Shown in pieces: positions 1-11,408 of a stretch of DNA of 64,000 nt (the first letter of the stretch is position 1; the number at the start of each line of letters is the position of its first letter). The position numbers and the translations under genes are program-made. The stretch is from Utricularia gibba. Taxonomy: Eukaryota; Plantae; Magnoliophyta. The stretch is from the NCBI GenBank assembly GCA_002189035.1, contig CM007990.1, positions 4,402,001 through 4,466,000 of the forward strand. The letters are read 5' to 3'. The notes under the pieces are model-generated. The model was not told the origin of the DNA, ran no database searches, and saw nothing but the letters and a program-made list of their open reading frames with translations.

Positions 1-1367
1 TTGCACCAACGTGTAGTGGTCACAATTGTGGCCCATTTATCTCATTTATATAGCAACATGATACCTACTTTTCTCCAATTTATTTCAATTAAATCTATTT
101 TCAACATGTGCAAGAAGACTAGGGGAAGTAACGTTTTTCTAGCACGTGACAACTTAGTCTAATATGTAAGAACGTGTTTGGTGTATGAGATGAGTATTGA
201 ATGAGTTTATATTATTTAAATATAAATAATTTATTAGTGTTTTAAAATCATAACATATTTGTACATTATTTCATTATACAATATTGTCGATTTCGAACAT
301 CTAACTTTCATGATTTCATATTCTGTTTTTTCAGAGAAAAGTCTTCATTCAAAATTATAAAAGTTTCCTTTATAAAAATTGTTATTTTATTTTATCCATA
401 ACGATATATGATTTATCTAAAATTATTACACTATTCATTTGGTCGAATCTTTTCAACCCTTCTTAAAAACTAAATGTCTAGGGTTCATTCCACCACTGGT
501 TATATGTTTAGATTTAACTATGATATCAAACGTAATAACTCATATGTTATTTTTATAATATTTCATTATAGTGTCTTTTGAGTTTTTAATTTAGACTAAA
601 TAAAACGTAAATTATTTTTATAATGAATTGAATCAGATTTTATTCAATGTAAAAAATATTATGAAAATAAAAATAATTTTTTTAAAAAAATTCTAAATTC
701 AAATTGGTCCGTCCAAGTTTAGTTCTGTGCTCAATCTCAAATATTAAAACTATTATATACCGATCAGTCAAATACATTCTGAAAATATACATAGAAACTT
801 GTTTTTAGCTTACAAGAGATGACCATATTGTTTGGTTGGATCGCGAAATTTCACTAATATCGAAACAAAAAACGGAATCCGATCATAGACTAGACATAAT
901 ATTTTGTTTTTTAGATCAGATATGGCATCGCAAACGATGATTCTTTATCAAATATCATCTCTTGCTTTGCTTGTTTCTCCACAAGAAGCTCGTCCACAAG
1001 AAACGAAACACGTTGGCTCCAAAGTCTGGATGCCTAACTCCTGCTGATCGACTGTCAGCATCCCACTCCCAGCACTAGCACGTGCAGCAAAGGCAGACAT
1101 GGGGGAAAAACCAGAGAATGATAATTCATTCACCCTACTGATAATCATGCAATTAGCCCTCGTGCTTTAGGAGATAAACATCATTAGGGGATGGCTAATC
1201 AGGCTCTCAACGCCCACGCAATACTCTGGATGCTGAGGTAGACGGAGGGGAAATAGCCCTCGTGCTGTAATTCAAAAGCCAGGCCTAGGATGCCGACCAT
1301 TGCCAACGACACCTGAAATTCGCAACGCTCACACAAGCATGTTTAATGGCGAAGGAGACGTACGGGG

Positions 1368-1502
1368 ATGGGCCTACGACTCGCGTTGACCAGGTATCGG
1401 ATCGGATCGTATCACAATTTTGAAATTAAGCATGCGAATAATTAGAGTTCCAAGAGTATGTGGAAATGGGGAGATACTAAGGCCCATGTTCATTAGGCCC
1501 AT
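1368..1502. promoter_or_regulatory. Cluster of three site II (TGGGCC/GGCCCA) motifs
   Basis: ATGGGCCT at 1368-1375, AGGCCCAT at 1480-1487 and 1495-1502. Such clusters typically mark TCP-bound promoters of housekeeping/snoRNA genes. No protein gene lies next to them. Confidence 0.45.
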
Positions 1503-1518
1503 GTCATTAGAAATTTAA

Positions 1519-1977
1519 TGAGGTGTTTAGCGGGTGATTAAGTTTATTTTTAAAAGATGGTATAATTAAAATAAATATTTGATATGACATTTTATTTTAA
1601 AGTGAAGATTTGATAATAAATTGATTTTATAGAAAATAAGGGGAGAGGAGCATTTTATTTTAAATTTATTAGAATGTATTTAATAGACTTGTTAATGCTT
1701 TTAATTATGCGTAATTGAAAATTATGTTTATTTGATAAAGGTGTTATTCGAAACCCATACAAAACTTATTGAATTATATGAAAAAAAACTCTCATCCCAC
1801 TTGATTTTTCTTATTAAGCCAAAATTTGGGATTTTTTTTATTTATTATAAATTTACTATCAAATATAATATTATTTTAAATATTTGTTTCTTAAACTTAT
1901 ATATCAAGATATTTTCAATTTTAAGCACATGACATAATTATTTATAAATAAATAATTCAAAATCATATTCTAAACAC
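1519..1977. mobile_element. Possible degenerate Tourist/PIF-Harbinger-like MITE
   Basis: Left end taa-tgaggtgtttag...tgatt and right end aatca...ctaaacac-ttaa form short imperfect inverted termini around a very AT-rich interior. Confidence 0.3.
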
Positions 1978-2437
1978 TTAACGCATAATTAAATTTATCT
2001 ACAAAACACATTTTGAGTTTAAATCCACAAATTTTGTTTATAACTTACATTTTAAACAAGCTAGAAACCATGTAAAGTGTATTTGCATTTTGGTGGATTT
2101 CATATGTAATTACTAATGCACAATATTGTTCGTTTTGAATATTCAATTATTATGATATTTTATACATATTTTGTATACTTTTCTAGGTCACTTATATTCA
2201 TTTTACTCTAGTTTAAACACACTTTAACTTTGGAATTACTATTAAAAATATTTTGATGTGTTTAGGAAAAAGATTCATCCAAAATTTGTATAATTATTCT
2301 ATTCAATTTCATATTTTTCCCCTTCCTCGGTCCATCACATTCCCAAGTCATTGAACCGAGTCGAAGAGTTGTCGAGGCATGATATGGATTTTGGTTTTCT
2401 TGAAAATTTACATGAGAGTCGGCAGTGTAGAGATCTT

Positions 2438-3924
2438 CTAAGAGTAATAAGATTGGAGCCACAGATCGGCATCTACGAAAGATGCGTTCAGAAAGGGCGA
2501 GGCCTGAGTTTCGTTGAGCTTCTGTGCATAGGGCACCCTGGTCGTCGTGTTGGATCCCTCGCCTGAGCAGTTGTATTCTCCATAAAACACGCTTCTGAAC
2601 AGCAATCTGTCAGCAGCAATATTCCATTTTAAATGAACAGCACGATGCAGGAATGCTAAAACACTGACTGATCTCGCGTAGGGTCATTGAAATCGCTCCA
2701 GCCCTCCGGCGCGATGACCTCAGACATCGCCGTGTAGGAGAAGACCACCGTGGAGAACGGCCTCCACGCCCGCCCCAGCCAGATTCGCCCCGACCCGCCG
2801 ATGCTGCAGTTGACGAACGCAAACCCGCTCTTCTCGTCCGCCGAGGCTCGCCCGTGGGCCGTCACCGCCCCGTCCACCACTCTGCTTCCGACAGCCAACG
2901 GGCTCGCTATGGAGACAATATGACAGTTCTGTAATGAACTGAGTTATTATATTAATTAAATAAATTAAATTTACATATCAAACATTTTTTTCTATCAATT
3001 TTAAATTAAAAAATATATATATTTTTTAATAATTACCTCATAAAATGACTTGGCGTTGCCAAAAATGAAGTCAATGGAGCCTTGTATGTAACATTCCTTG
3101 AAGTAATGGCGACCCCTGTCGTCATGTAGAGTGTCTTGTGCTCCAAAGAAGCCGCACCCCCAGAACGCCGCCCGGTCGCCGGCGATCCGCAGAGCCACCG
3201 CTTGCGCCCCGATCGCTCCGGGCTTCGGAGTCGGAGCCACATTCTATTCAAACGAGAGAATTTTGTTTTGTTTTTTCTGTACTCAAAAGTGCACATTCAG
3301 AGAGAAGAAGTTGTCGCGTCGCAGACCATAAAGCTTATGTTCTTGGCAACGAAATTTGGCGAGAAGACTTGAACGGAGCCGCTGTAAAATGTCCCGTGGG
3401 AGGAGTTCGCCGTGTCGTTCCAAACGATTGCTGTTGAAGTGTAGCCTTGTCCTTGGAATGTAATGTTAGGCTTCGTCTTCCTCACGATCACCTTCTCACT
3501 TTTTCAGGAAGATTTCGTTATTATGAGCTCACCGGCGGCAATATTCAGATAACTACACAACGAAAAAGCATGCTCACACATAAATCCCACTGTTGATCCA
3601 AATGACGAATTTTTTCAAGCTGGCGGTATCGTTGACGGCATCCACCGCAGCCTGAACGGTGGTGAAGTTGCAGCACCCGTTGGTATCAACGCACAAGACT
3701 GATGTAGTGTTCGTTTCTCCGGGAACGGAGCTCATCGGGAAATCATCGCAGACACTCTTCTCTGTTCCCTTCTCATGATGATGATGATGGCGGTGGTGGT
3801 GTCCAAAAGAAAACCATGGAATCGGGTGATCGCAGAGAATATTGTTGTGGAGGAAAAAGAGAACTGAGTTGGTGGAAGTTAAGGTTGCAAGAACAGAGAC
3901 CAAGATGGAGATAATAAGGTTCAT
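2438..3924 (-). CDS. Pectin methylesterase (type II, no PMEI domain; PME8/PME15-like), 5 exons
   Basis: Spliced ORFs give MNLIISILV..., a His-rich tract, [61 protein letters not shown] and [10 protein letters not shown]. The protein ends ...[11 protein letters not shown] with TAG at 2438-2440. GT-AG junctions keep the frame. Confidence 0.95.
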
Positions 3925-4893
3925 GTTGATGCTCTCATGGCTGGGGAGATGGAGGATGTGATATAAATGGGGCACAGTGCTTTGAGTACAAGGATGCAGT
4001 TTTATTTCTTGGAAGACATCTTCCTGTCCGAATGAGAAAACGTGCAGATACAGACCATCACATAGCTTCCGACAACAACAGCATTATGCGTAGACAGACA
4101 AATCATGGCAATGATGCAACAGAATAGAGACAACATTTAGGAACCGATCGATTGGTTAATCCATGAACCGTCAAACAGCTTGATTTAGTTTGGATTAGAA
4201 CTGTTAGAACTCAAAAACCCTATTTACCATGCTCTCTTTGGACCATTTATACTCTCTCACATATACTATGTCCAAAAAAATATATCAAGAATGCATAAAT
4301 TTCTCACAATAGTGAGAGGCTGGCAATATTTCTAAATACCTCTGCTTTCATTGGATACTTTCATCTGCAACAACGCTGCAGTTTCCCCTTCTTGGCCTTG
4401 AGGCCCTTCACCATTTTCCCTTGCTGCCCACACAGCTCCTTGCACTGCATTCTCACCTCTCAAAACTCCCAAACCCGCATGCATTTTGTTGTATTAGAAC
4501 AAACAATTTCGTTTGGAGATTGAAAGTGAAATAATTAAGTATATAATAAATTATAAATTATTAATAATTAATTATATTTAATATTCTCTAATATGATTGA
4601 TGTTTCTTATATATTTAAATTTTACGTATACTCGATTAATCAAATTCTTAATTTCAATAATTGAGACAATTTACAACCTCTCACCTTTGACTTGCATTGA
4701 TTAAAATCGCTGGATATATTCATATGCATCCGTTAGATACCATGAAACACCAGAGTTTGAGGTCTTTTCGGGAAAGGTTTCAGAAACACTTAATAATCGT
4801 GTTGGACATTTTAGTAATTTAGCTTTATGGGTAGTTTGTTATTATTTAGGTAATAAAGAAAAAAAAGAGACACTTGTTTTTGAACTGAGAAAC

Positions 4894-7187
4894 ATGGCTT
4901 TGTTGATGGACGCCGGCGCAGAGCCAAAAACAGACGAAGAAATCTTTGACCTGGAGGCTATCGCTGCCCTCAAAGAATCTACGGCTATCGAACTCAAGGT
5001 CTCTAACTTCAAATTATTCTTCTTTTTCATTTTCTTGGTGTAATTACAGATTTGTTCACTGGTTGTGCGTGTGCATAATCTCGATTAGAACTTTTTGGGT
5101 TAAACTTTTGGATGTAAATTGATTCTTCTTGGGTTGGTAATCTTGAGGTGTCGGAACTAGCTTCCCGCTTCCTTTCCAATAAATCTCTTCTAGTGTGGTT
5201 GTTTCTCAAGATATTAAAATATTTGGGGGTGGTTAATCCATTTTTCAGATATAAATGAATAATATGCTTTATAAGGATAAGCGTAAAGCAGTAAACTTGA
5301 TCAAGGTGTCTTCTTTCCATCTGTCTTCTGAAATTGCAACAATGTTGTTTTAATATTTCATGACTGATTTTAGGAAAAGGGAAATGAATATGTGAAGAAA
5401 GGGAGCAAGCACTATCTTGATGCAATTGATTGCTACACCAGGGCTATTAATCAGAAGGCATTGAGTGATTCTGAGAACTCTGTATTGTATTCAAATAGGG
5501 CGCACGTGAATCTGCTCTTAGGAAATTTCAGGAGAGCCCTGGAAGATGTTGAGCAGGCAATTAGACTTTGTCCTACAAACATTAAGGTCTGCCTTTCACC
5601 ACTTTTGTTATAATGTACCATGTTGATCTGTCCGTCAGAATACCCATTTCTTTGATTACATGTAGGCTATTTACAGGGCCGCTAAAGCAACAGTATCACT
5701 TGATCTGTTGGATGAAGCTGAATCATATTGTGAAAAAGGCCTTCAGCTGTCTCCTGAAAATATAGAACTGAAGAAATTGGCTGGACTAGTGAATGCTAAA
5801 AAACTGGAGCACAGCAAGCACGAAATAGAAGTTGCTAATGCTGTCAAAGCAGCTGAGGTTCTAGGTCCTATTCACTGGTTGAAATTACATCTTTTCCCAT
5901 ATTTTTGAAGACTCATATTTGAAATGGTGCAGGCCCTTGTCTCTTCCTTTGAGAGTAGAAAGATAAAAATGGGAAAACCAATGTATCAAGAGCTCACAGG
6001 AATTAAGAAACCAATGCTCGATAAACACAATATCATTCATTGGCCTGTCCTATTCCTCTATGCAGAGGCTATGTCTAGCGACTTTATTGAGGATTTCTGT
6101 GAGACTGACATGTTCTCCGTTCACTTGGACACAATATCCTCGCATCGAATTGCTTTATTTTTTGCCGTTACATTATGATTCTTGTTACCTTGAATCCGTT
6201 GAGGGAATGTCTCACTGTGAAGTCTGTTACTGTCATGAGCCTTAGCTTTCTAACATGTTTTCAGAATCGGCTCTGCCTCTTCCCTGGGATAGAGAAAAGG
6301 CATACCTCCGGCATGCACTTGAGCTATACTATGAGGTAACAGCTATACACCACAGCAACTGTTTGCACTATGAACCCTTTTTAAGTGATTAACACCTACA
6401 TTTGTTTTCAAAAAAATTGTTAGTCCCTCCAAACCGTGATTTTCTCTGCATTAGCATATAGATCGTCCGCACTGAATGATGTTTATACCTGCCATTATTC
6501 TTTTCAATTCTATTAGATATTTTTTTGCTTTCTGAGTTAACAGGTCTACCCCGGGGTGACATTGTCTAGGAAAGAAATCCTCTGGTATCTGTTACAAGGG
6601 ACTGCTGCATCTAATCTAGAAAACATTTGTGGTGAAGAGACTGATGATGCTGGTCATCGTTCTCTTTCAAATGGTATGAGTTTATTGACTCCTTATAACT
6701 CCAGACAGTGAGTAAACTGTAAAATTACTGGATCAAATAGTGGAGGACCCATCTATTATAGCTTCTGTTTAAATTTGAAGTGCTATTTTCCCTTCCACAT
6801 TATGGGGTTTCCAACGTATTCCTCTGCACTGTCCATCAACTTTTATATTCCATGTTAATGTTTGTCTGTTGCCTGTATCAGATCATTTAAACTGCCTGGC
6901 AATGCCAACCTTTTTGGTCTTTTACGCAGGAGGTGGCCCAAAATGGGTGAGAGTAAATGAAAGGGCAACTCTTCACGATGTTCTCATGAAGCCTGATATG
7001 ATCATTCCGGGAATTCCTGGTTTGTCCATGCTACCTTGTACCAATATATAAATTATGCAGTTTATAAAGAATAAATACTTCAGTTCCAAATCTTTGCTTC
7101 TCCTTGTGTGCAGTGTTTTTCATTGTTTCAAGAATGTCAAGCTTCTATAAGGTTTTCAGGTCCGGGAATTGGGCTCCAAATCTTTGA
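4894..7187 (+). CDS. TTC4: TPR co-chaperone of the TTC4/Cns1 family (Arabidopsis TPR2-like), multi-exon
   Basis: Starts MALLMDAGAEPKTDEEIFDLEAIAALKESTAIELK. TPR segment EKGNEYVKKGSKHYLDAIDCYTRA...YSNRAHVNLLLGNFRRALED. Cns1/TTC4 C-terminal motif IIHWPVLFLYAEAMSSDFIEDFCE. Ends ...SGNWAPNL* with TGA at 7185-7187. Confidence 0.92.
6134..6254 (+). other. U12-type AT-AC intron in TTC4
   Basis: 5' end ATATCCTC, branch-like GCCTTAGC about 10 nt before the 3' end ...TTTCTAAC. Removal joins HLDT|MFSESALPLPWD in frame. Confidence 0.85.
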
Positions 7188-7520
7188 ATTGCTCGTACAA
7201 AGCAATTTTCCATCAGTGTAACCAAAACTGATCACTAAATAGAGTAAGAACATCGAAGGTGAGATAAGAGATTGAAGATATGATTTCTACCTAATAGGGT
7301 AGAGCAAATGTAGTATGGGTCTGTTCCCCGGACTGCATGTTTTGTTATTATAGATGTTTTTAATATAGTATTTACTGGATCTTCTTTGTAAGACAAGGAC
7401 GCCTGCGTTCTCAAGACCTCATGTCTAGGTATTCATGATATGTGTGGTTCACATTGTATGAACCTGTTAGTTTGTTTTTTCTAGTTTTGTTTACTTCTAT
7501 GACATTTCACTGTTGTGATG

Positions 7521-9149
7521 TCACTGGATTTTGATCCACATACTAGTACTAGGGATCACGCCATGCACCACGAACAGCATATAATATCCAGGTGGAGCAA
7601 TCTCCACTGTTGATGGTGCTACAGCATCAGCATGGCAGCTATGGTTGAAGTCAAAGTTGCTGCACCTCACCGCTGCTACTTTCAGGACTACCATCCTCTG
7701 GTTCATGGAAAAAGAATGTGTGTTGAACGGTGGTGCAAGTATTCTGATGCTGATCATGCTCGCTCCGAGGAAGCTTTTCATCCTGAATTGAACGGTGAAA
7801 ATACTTGAGTAGCTCAGTATCTCGTCGATGAAGGTGATACTTGGCCTCAGGTAGTCGTTCTCAGGCGACAGGTAAGGCGGAGAAAAGGACTCCAAGCTCA
7901 AATCCGTGGGATACGCGACGTTGGTAAAGTTGTAATACACATGTGGGTTGCTGCCGCCGACCAGCACCCGCCCGTCGGTGAGCAGAATGGCGGTGGAATG
8001 ATAAAGCCTCGGTCTTGTAGATTCAGCCATGACAGAGAATCGGAAGTGGGCCTCTTCATTCATCTTGTATATCACCGGCCTTTTGACTGGATTTCTAGCC
8101 TTTTCCCACCCCGCTGTGCCGGCGCTGGCTCCATTTATGATGATCAAATCACCGTTAGGGAGAATCAGCATGTCTCCCATCACTCGCGGTATCGGCATCT
8201 GTTCGAGCTTCCAGTTGGGTTCTTCATCTGTTATTTTCAGGCGGCCACAGGTGTCAGAGGAGCGTGGAAAGATACCACGATCGGTCTCCCTGAAAGCAGT
8301 TGCTGGGGCGCCACCGCATATCATGATTTCTACCTCAATCTGGTCAGCGTTTTCATCTATAGGGAGCAGCACCGATGAGCCGGAGCTCGGATAGTTCCGA
8401 GCATCGCCGCCTCCGAATGTGGGGAACTCCTTGATGACGTGATCGTGCTTGTAATCGAATAAGATGGACCTCGTGTTCGCGAAGATGAACAGGTTTCCAT
8501 CGGGAAGAAGATGAACGAATGGATACAAATTGTTCTCTGAAGCGTCTCTGGTTTGTCTCAAGAAGTCCATGTTAACTGCTCCGTAACTCCTGGGCCAGAA
8601 TTCGTAGTTGAACTGCCGCCTCCCACCGACGACAATCGTGCTCCCGTCGGGCAGAATCTGTGCTGTGGCGTACCATCTTCGCTGTGCAAGAACACCTGGA
8701 AACTCGTTCCAGTCGCAGTCTCGGTCGGCGCAGGGTGCCAGTGTACGCACAGCGTGATCTCCATCGTTGAAACCTCCAGCTTGAAGAAGAGTTCCGTTGG
8801 GAAGCACAGCCCCTGAAGAACACCAGGTATCAGTCTGCACCATCAGTGCACGGAAGGTGTTCGACCCAATGTCGTAGAGAACAGAATGTGCTGTGCAGTC
8901 CGTTTTCAATGCCGTGTCGTTGGCGTCATGACGGCACTGCCCATCGGGAAGAGAGATATTCGAAGGGCCGAAGTCCGTCCGGTCGAAAATGACAACCTTG
9001 TTATTGCTGAGCAGCTGCATGTGCATGGCAGAAATACCAATGCTTTGCTGCAGGAGAGACCACTCCCCATTGAAGCTCGGAGATGAAGCAACGAGTATGG
9101 AGGTCGTTGCGGCTGCGATGACCAACAAAAACATCGTCATCAGCATCAT
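7521..9149 (-). CDS. GLOX: Secreted glyoxal/aldehyde oxidase (copper radical oxidase, GLOX family), intronless, 542 aa
   Basis: Signal peptide and family motifs SAMHMQLL, TDTWCSSG, RRWYAT, NNLYPF, RVMGDM, RLYHST, NTHSFSMNQR. The Cys/Tyr/His copper-radical ligands are present. Confidence 0.95.
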   Translation of the reverse strand: MMLMTMFLLVIAAATTSILVASSPSFNGEWSLLQQSIGISAMHMQLLSNNKVVIFDRTDFGPSNISLPDGQCRHDANDTALKTDCTAHSVLYDIGSNTFRALMVQTDTWCSSGAVLPNGTLLQAGGFNDGDHAVRTLAPCADRDCDWNEFPGVLAQRRWYATAQILPDGSTIVVGGRRQFNYEFWPRSYGAVNMDFLRQTRDASENNLYPFVHLLPDGNLFIFANTRSILFDYKHDHVIKEFPTFGGGDARNYPSSGSSVLLPIDENADQIEVEIMICGGAPATAFRETDRGIFPRSSDTCGRLKITDEEPNWKLEQMPIPRVMGDMLILPNGDLIIINGASAGTAGWEKARNPVKRPVIYKMNEEAHFRFSVMAESTRPRLYHSTAILLTDGRVLVGGSNPHVYYNFTNVAYPTDLSLESFSPPYLSPENDYLRPSITFIDEILSYSSIFTVQFRMKSFLGASMISIRILAPPFNTHSFSMNQRMVVLKVAAVRCSNFDFNHSCHADAVAPSTVEIAPPGYYMLFVVHGVIPSTSMWIKIQ

Positions 9150-9793
9150 GATCCAGATGAATTTAAAGGGTTTTTCTTGGAATGGTAGATATGCCTTCTT
9201 TCTGGTAAGATTCTGGTGTGTTTCATGTTCCTTTATTCATCTGAGAGCTTTAGATTCGGACAACTTGCTAATGCACCAAGGTTTCTTGCACTGCAGAGCA
9301 GAACACAAAGAAGGTGATGCTAATATTTCTCTGTCATGGTTTCAGCAATGTCCGAAACTACAGTCCTTGCAAGACTTGCTTTATTCCAGAGCAGACAAGG
9401 AGAGGGTAAGACCGCCCACACATGCTCCAAGGTGCATCTAGGTATCTTTTCTATGAAAAGTTCCCAGTTCTTCATTTCCTTTTCAACCCATCTCCCTTAA
9501 AATTCTCAGCTTTTAATCTATTCCTCTGTACCCCTCTTCCATTTACATTGAACTTTATCTGAATTGAAGACGAAAAGTAGAATATTTTGGTGCCAACGTA
9601 GAGTTAGTAGTGGTGATATTCTTTCGTTAGTTTTTACTGCAGCAAGCAAAGCGTAAGCTTACTTCTGAGTTTTGTGTTAATTGCTTCACTGAAAACGTGA
9701 CTGCAACCAGCAACACAGAAAAAAGGCAACACCCCTGAGAGCTACTTCATTTTTCCTCTTTCTTATCAACAGGTTGGATCTCCCCTCAACATC

Positions 9794-11408
9794 TCAAATG
9801 CCTAAACAAAACCAAGCAACAACCAGTAGCATCATCAGCAGATGGAGCGGTGGCCGGACTGCGGATGACACGCTTTTGGTCACCCCGCCCAGGTCTCTGA
9901 GATCGGCCCCTATAATTTCCAGCTGAAAGTCGCAGGTCCGGATGGAGGGATCGTCCGGCACCACCTCGCCCAGACCATCGAAATCGCACATCGTGCCGTC
10001 GGCGCTGTACTGCGCGTTGGTCTGAAACACAGAGTTGAAGGCGTAGGATACATTGTGCTCGAATGACAGGAAGCTGCATGAACCCCCTGGATAAAGAGGT
10101 GTGCAATCCGCCAGGGCGCACGCCAAGCCGAACTGCTGCTGCACTTTCGTCATGTTGGATGTGTCCCCATTGAACACACACCACCTACTCTTCCAGGTAC
10201 ACGTTATTCCCTGTAATCATACATGTACTTAACCTTATTTCCTCGTACCTCTTTGGCATGTAGACCGTCCCTTTTGCTACGGTGGGGTAGACGTCGCCGC
10301 CCCGGCCGGAAAGATCGATCCTGAACTTAGGTTCACCGTTGGACTTGTAGATCCCCCAGTGACGCGTATAGGGTTGCTCCTGGGTGACCCCCATCATGTT
10401 CTCATCAGCCAAGCTACTGATATAAATCTCTATGGAAGCTCCCGGTCGTAGATGCGTCCCCTTGTCGTTCCTGATATGAGGGAGCAGCCCCTTGTAGAAG
10501 CGCTCCGCATTCGCCGGACTCGCCGCCGGGTGGCCGTCCGTCGGCCACCCGATTTGCGCGATGACGATCTTGACATCCGGCCACCCGGCTTTGGTCAAGG
10601 CGACGATGAATGAATCGTAGATCAACTCGAAAGCGTTGGTGTACACATGGGAGCCGTCCTGGACGGAGAAGTTGGACTTGTTGTCCATGAAGGCGAACTC
10701 CAGCGGCAGCCCGTTCCGGATGACGAACTCGAACGGCACCAGTGCGACGGAGAACGGAGAGTTGGTGCCGTCCATGATGCGGAGATACTCCATCACATGC
10801 TCCTTGTAGAGTGGATTGAAATCCGCCTCCGACGGCTTCGTTATGGGGTTCAACACGTCGACGCTGTGCACGACGGTGGCGTGAAGGTAGTCGTGCAGGT
10901 TCACAACGATGGCCCTCTTCAACACCCTCATCGCTCCGATCGCCAGGACGTACCTCGTCGTGTTGCCTGGTAATGTTACGTCTGTTGCCACCTGCAGGTA
11001 CCTGCGACCGGAGAACACGATCCACATTCAAGAAATGCAGACACAGAGCACGTCTGCATGCTCGAATATTCACCTCACGTCGATGCCCATATTCTTGAAT
11101 GATCGAACGTGCTGGTTCAACCAGTATCTGGGTATCCCGACCTGGTCCTGGACGAACTTCAGGTTGGATGACGGTAACGTGAGCGTGACGACGATCCCGG
11201 TATTCGAAAATGCCTTCATCGCCTTCACTTCCACGCTGAAAGTCCTCAGATACTTGATCTCGTTTTGCAGCATTATGTCCGCCACCATAGACGGCAGCAG
11301 CCGGTGGGTCGTTTTGCGTCCCCAGTTGACGCCAATGTTACCGGATTCCGCTGCGAGTAGCATCGCCATCAACGTGAAGGCTGCGATCACCGGCGGTAGA
11401 TTCTCCAT
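9794..11408 (-). CDS. GH17 beta-1,3-glucanase-like protein with X8 (CBM43) domain and GPI signal; both catalytic Glu substituted
   Basis: Three exons, with introns at 11002-11073 and 10185-10248. Signal peptide, IGVNWG, IGWPTDG, RHWGIY, a six-Cys X8 domain (WCVFNG...ACALADCT...GGSC...SYAFNS...MCDFDG...TCDF) and a hydrophobic C-terminus. Confidence 0.92.

Noticed and set aside
1221-1300. Partial similarity to miR162 and miR2111 mature sequences
   Set aside because: Only about 14-nt partial matches, with no miRNA/miRNA* hairpin.
4361-4450. 29-aa minus-strand ORF MQCKELCGQQGKMVKGLKAKKGKLQRCCR, faintly like DVL/RTFL peptides
   Set aside because: It lacks the RTFL core (LYIxRRCVxMLLCW) and is short enough to arise by chance in the PME upstream region.
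10975-11000. Alternative frame in GH17 exon 2 reading GGN, raising the idea that an indel error hides a VGNE motif
   Set aside because: That frame gives GNR rather than GNE, continues as non-homologous sequence and would need a second compensating indel.
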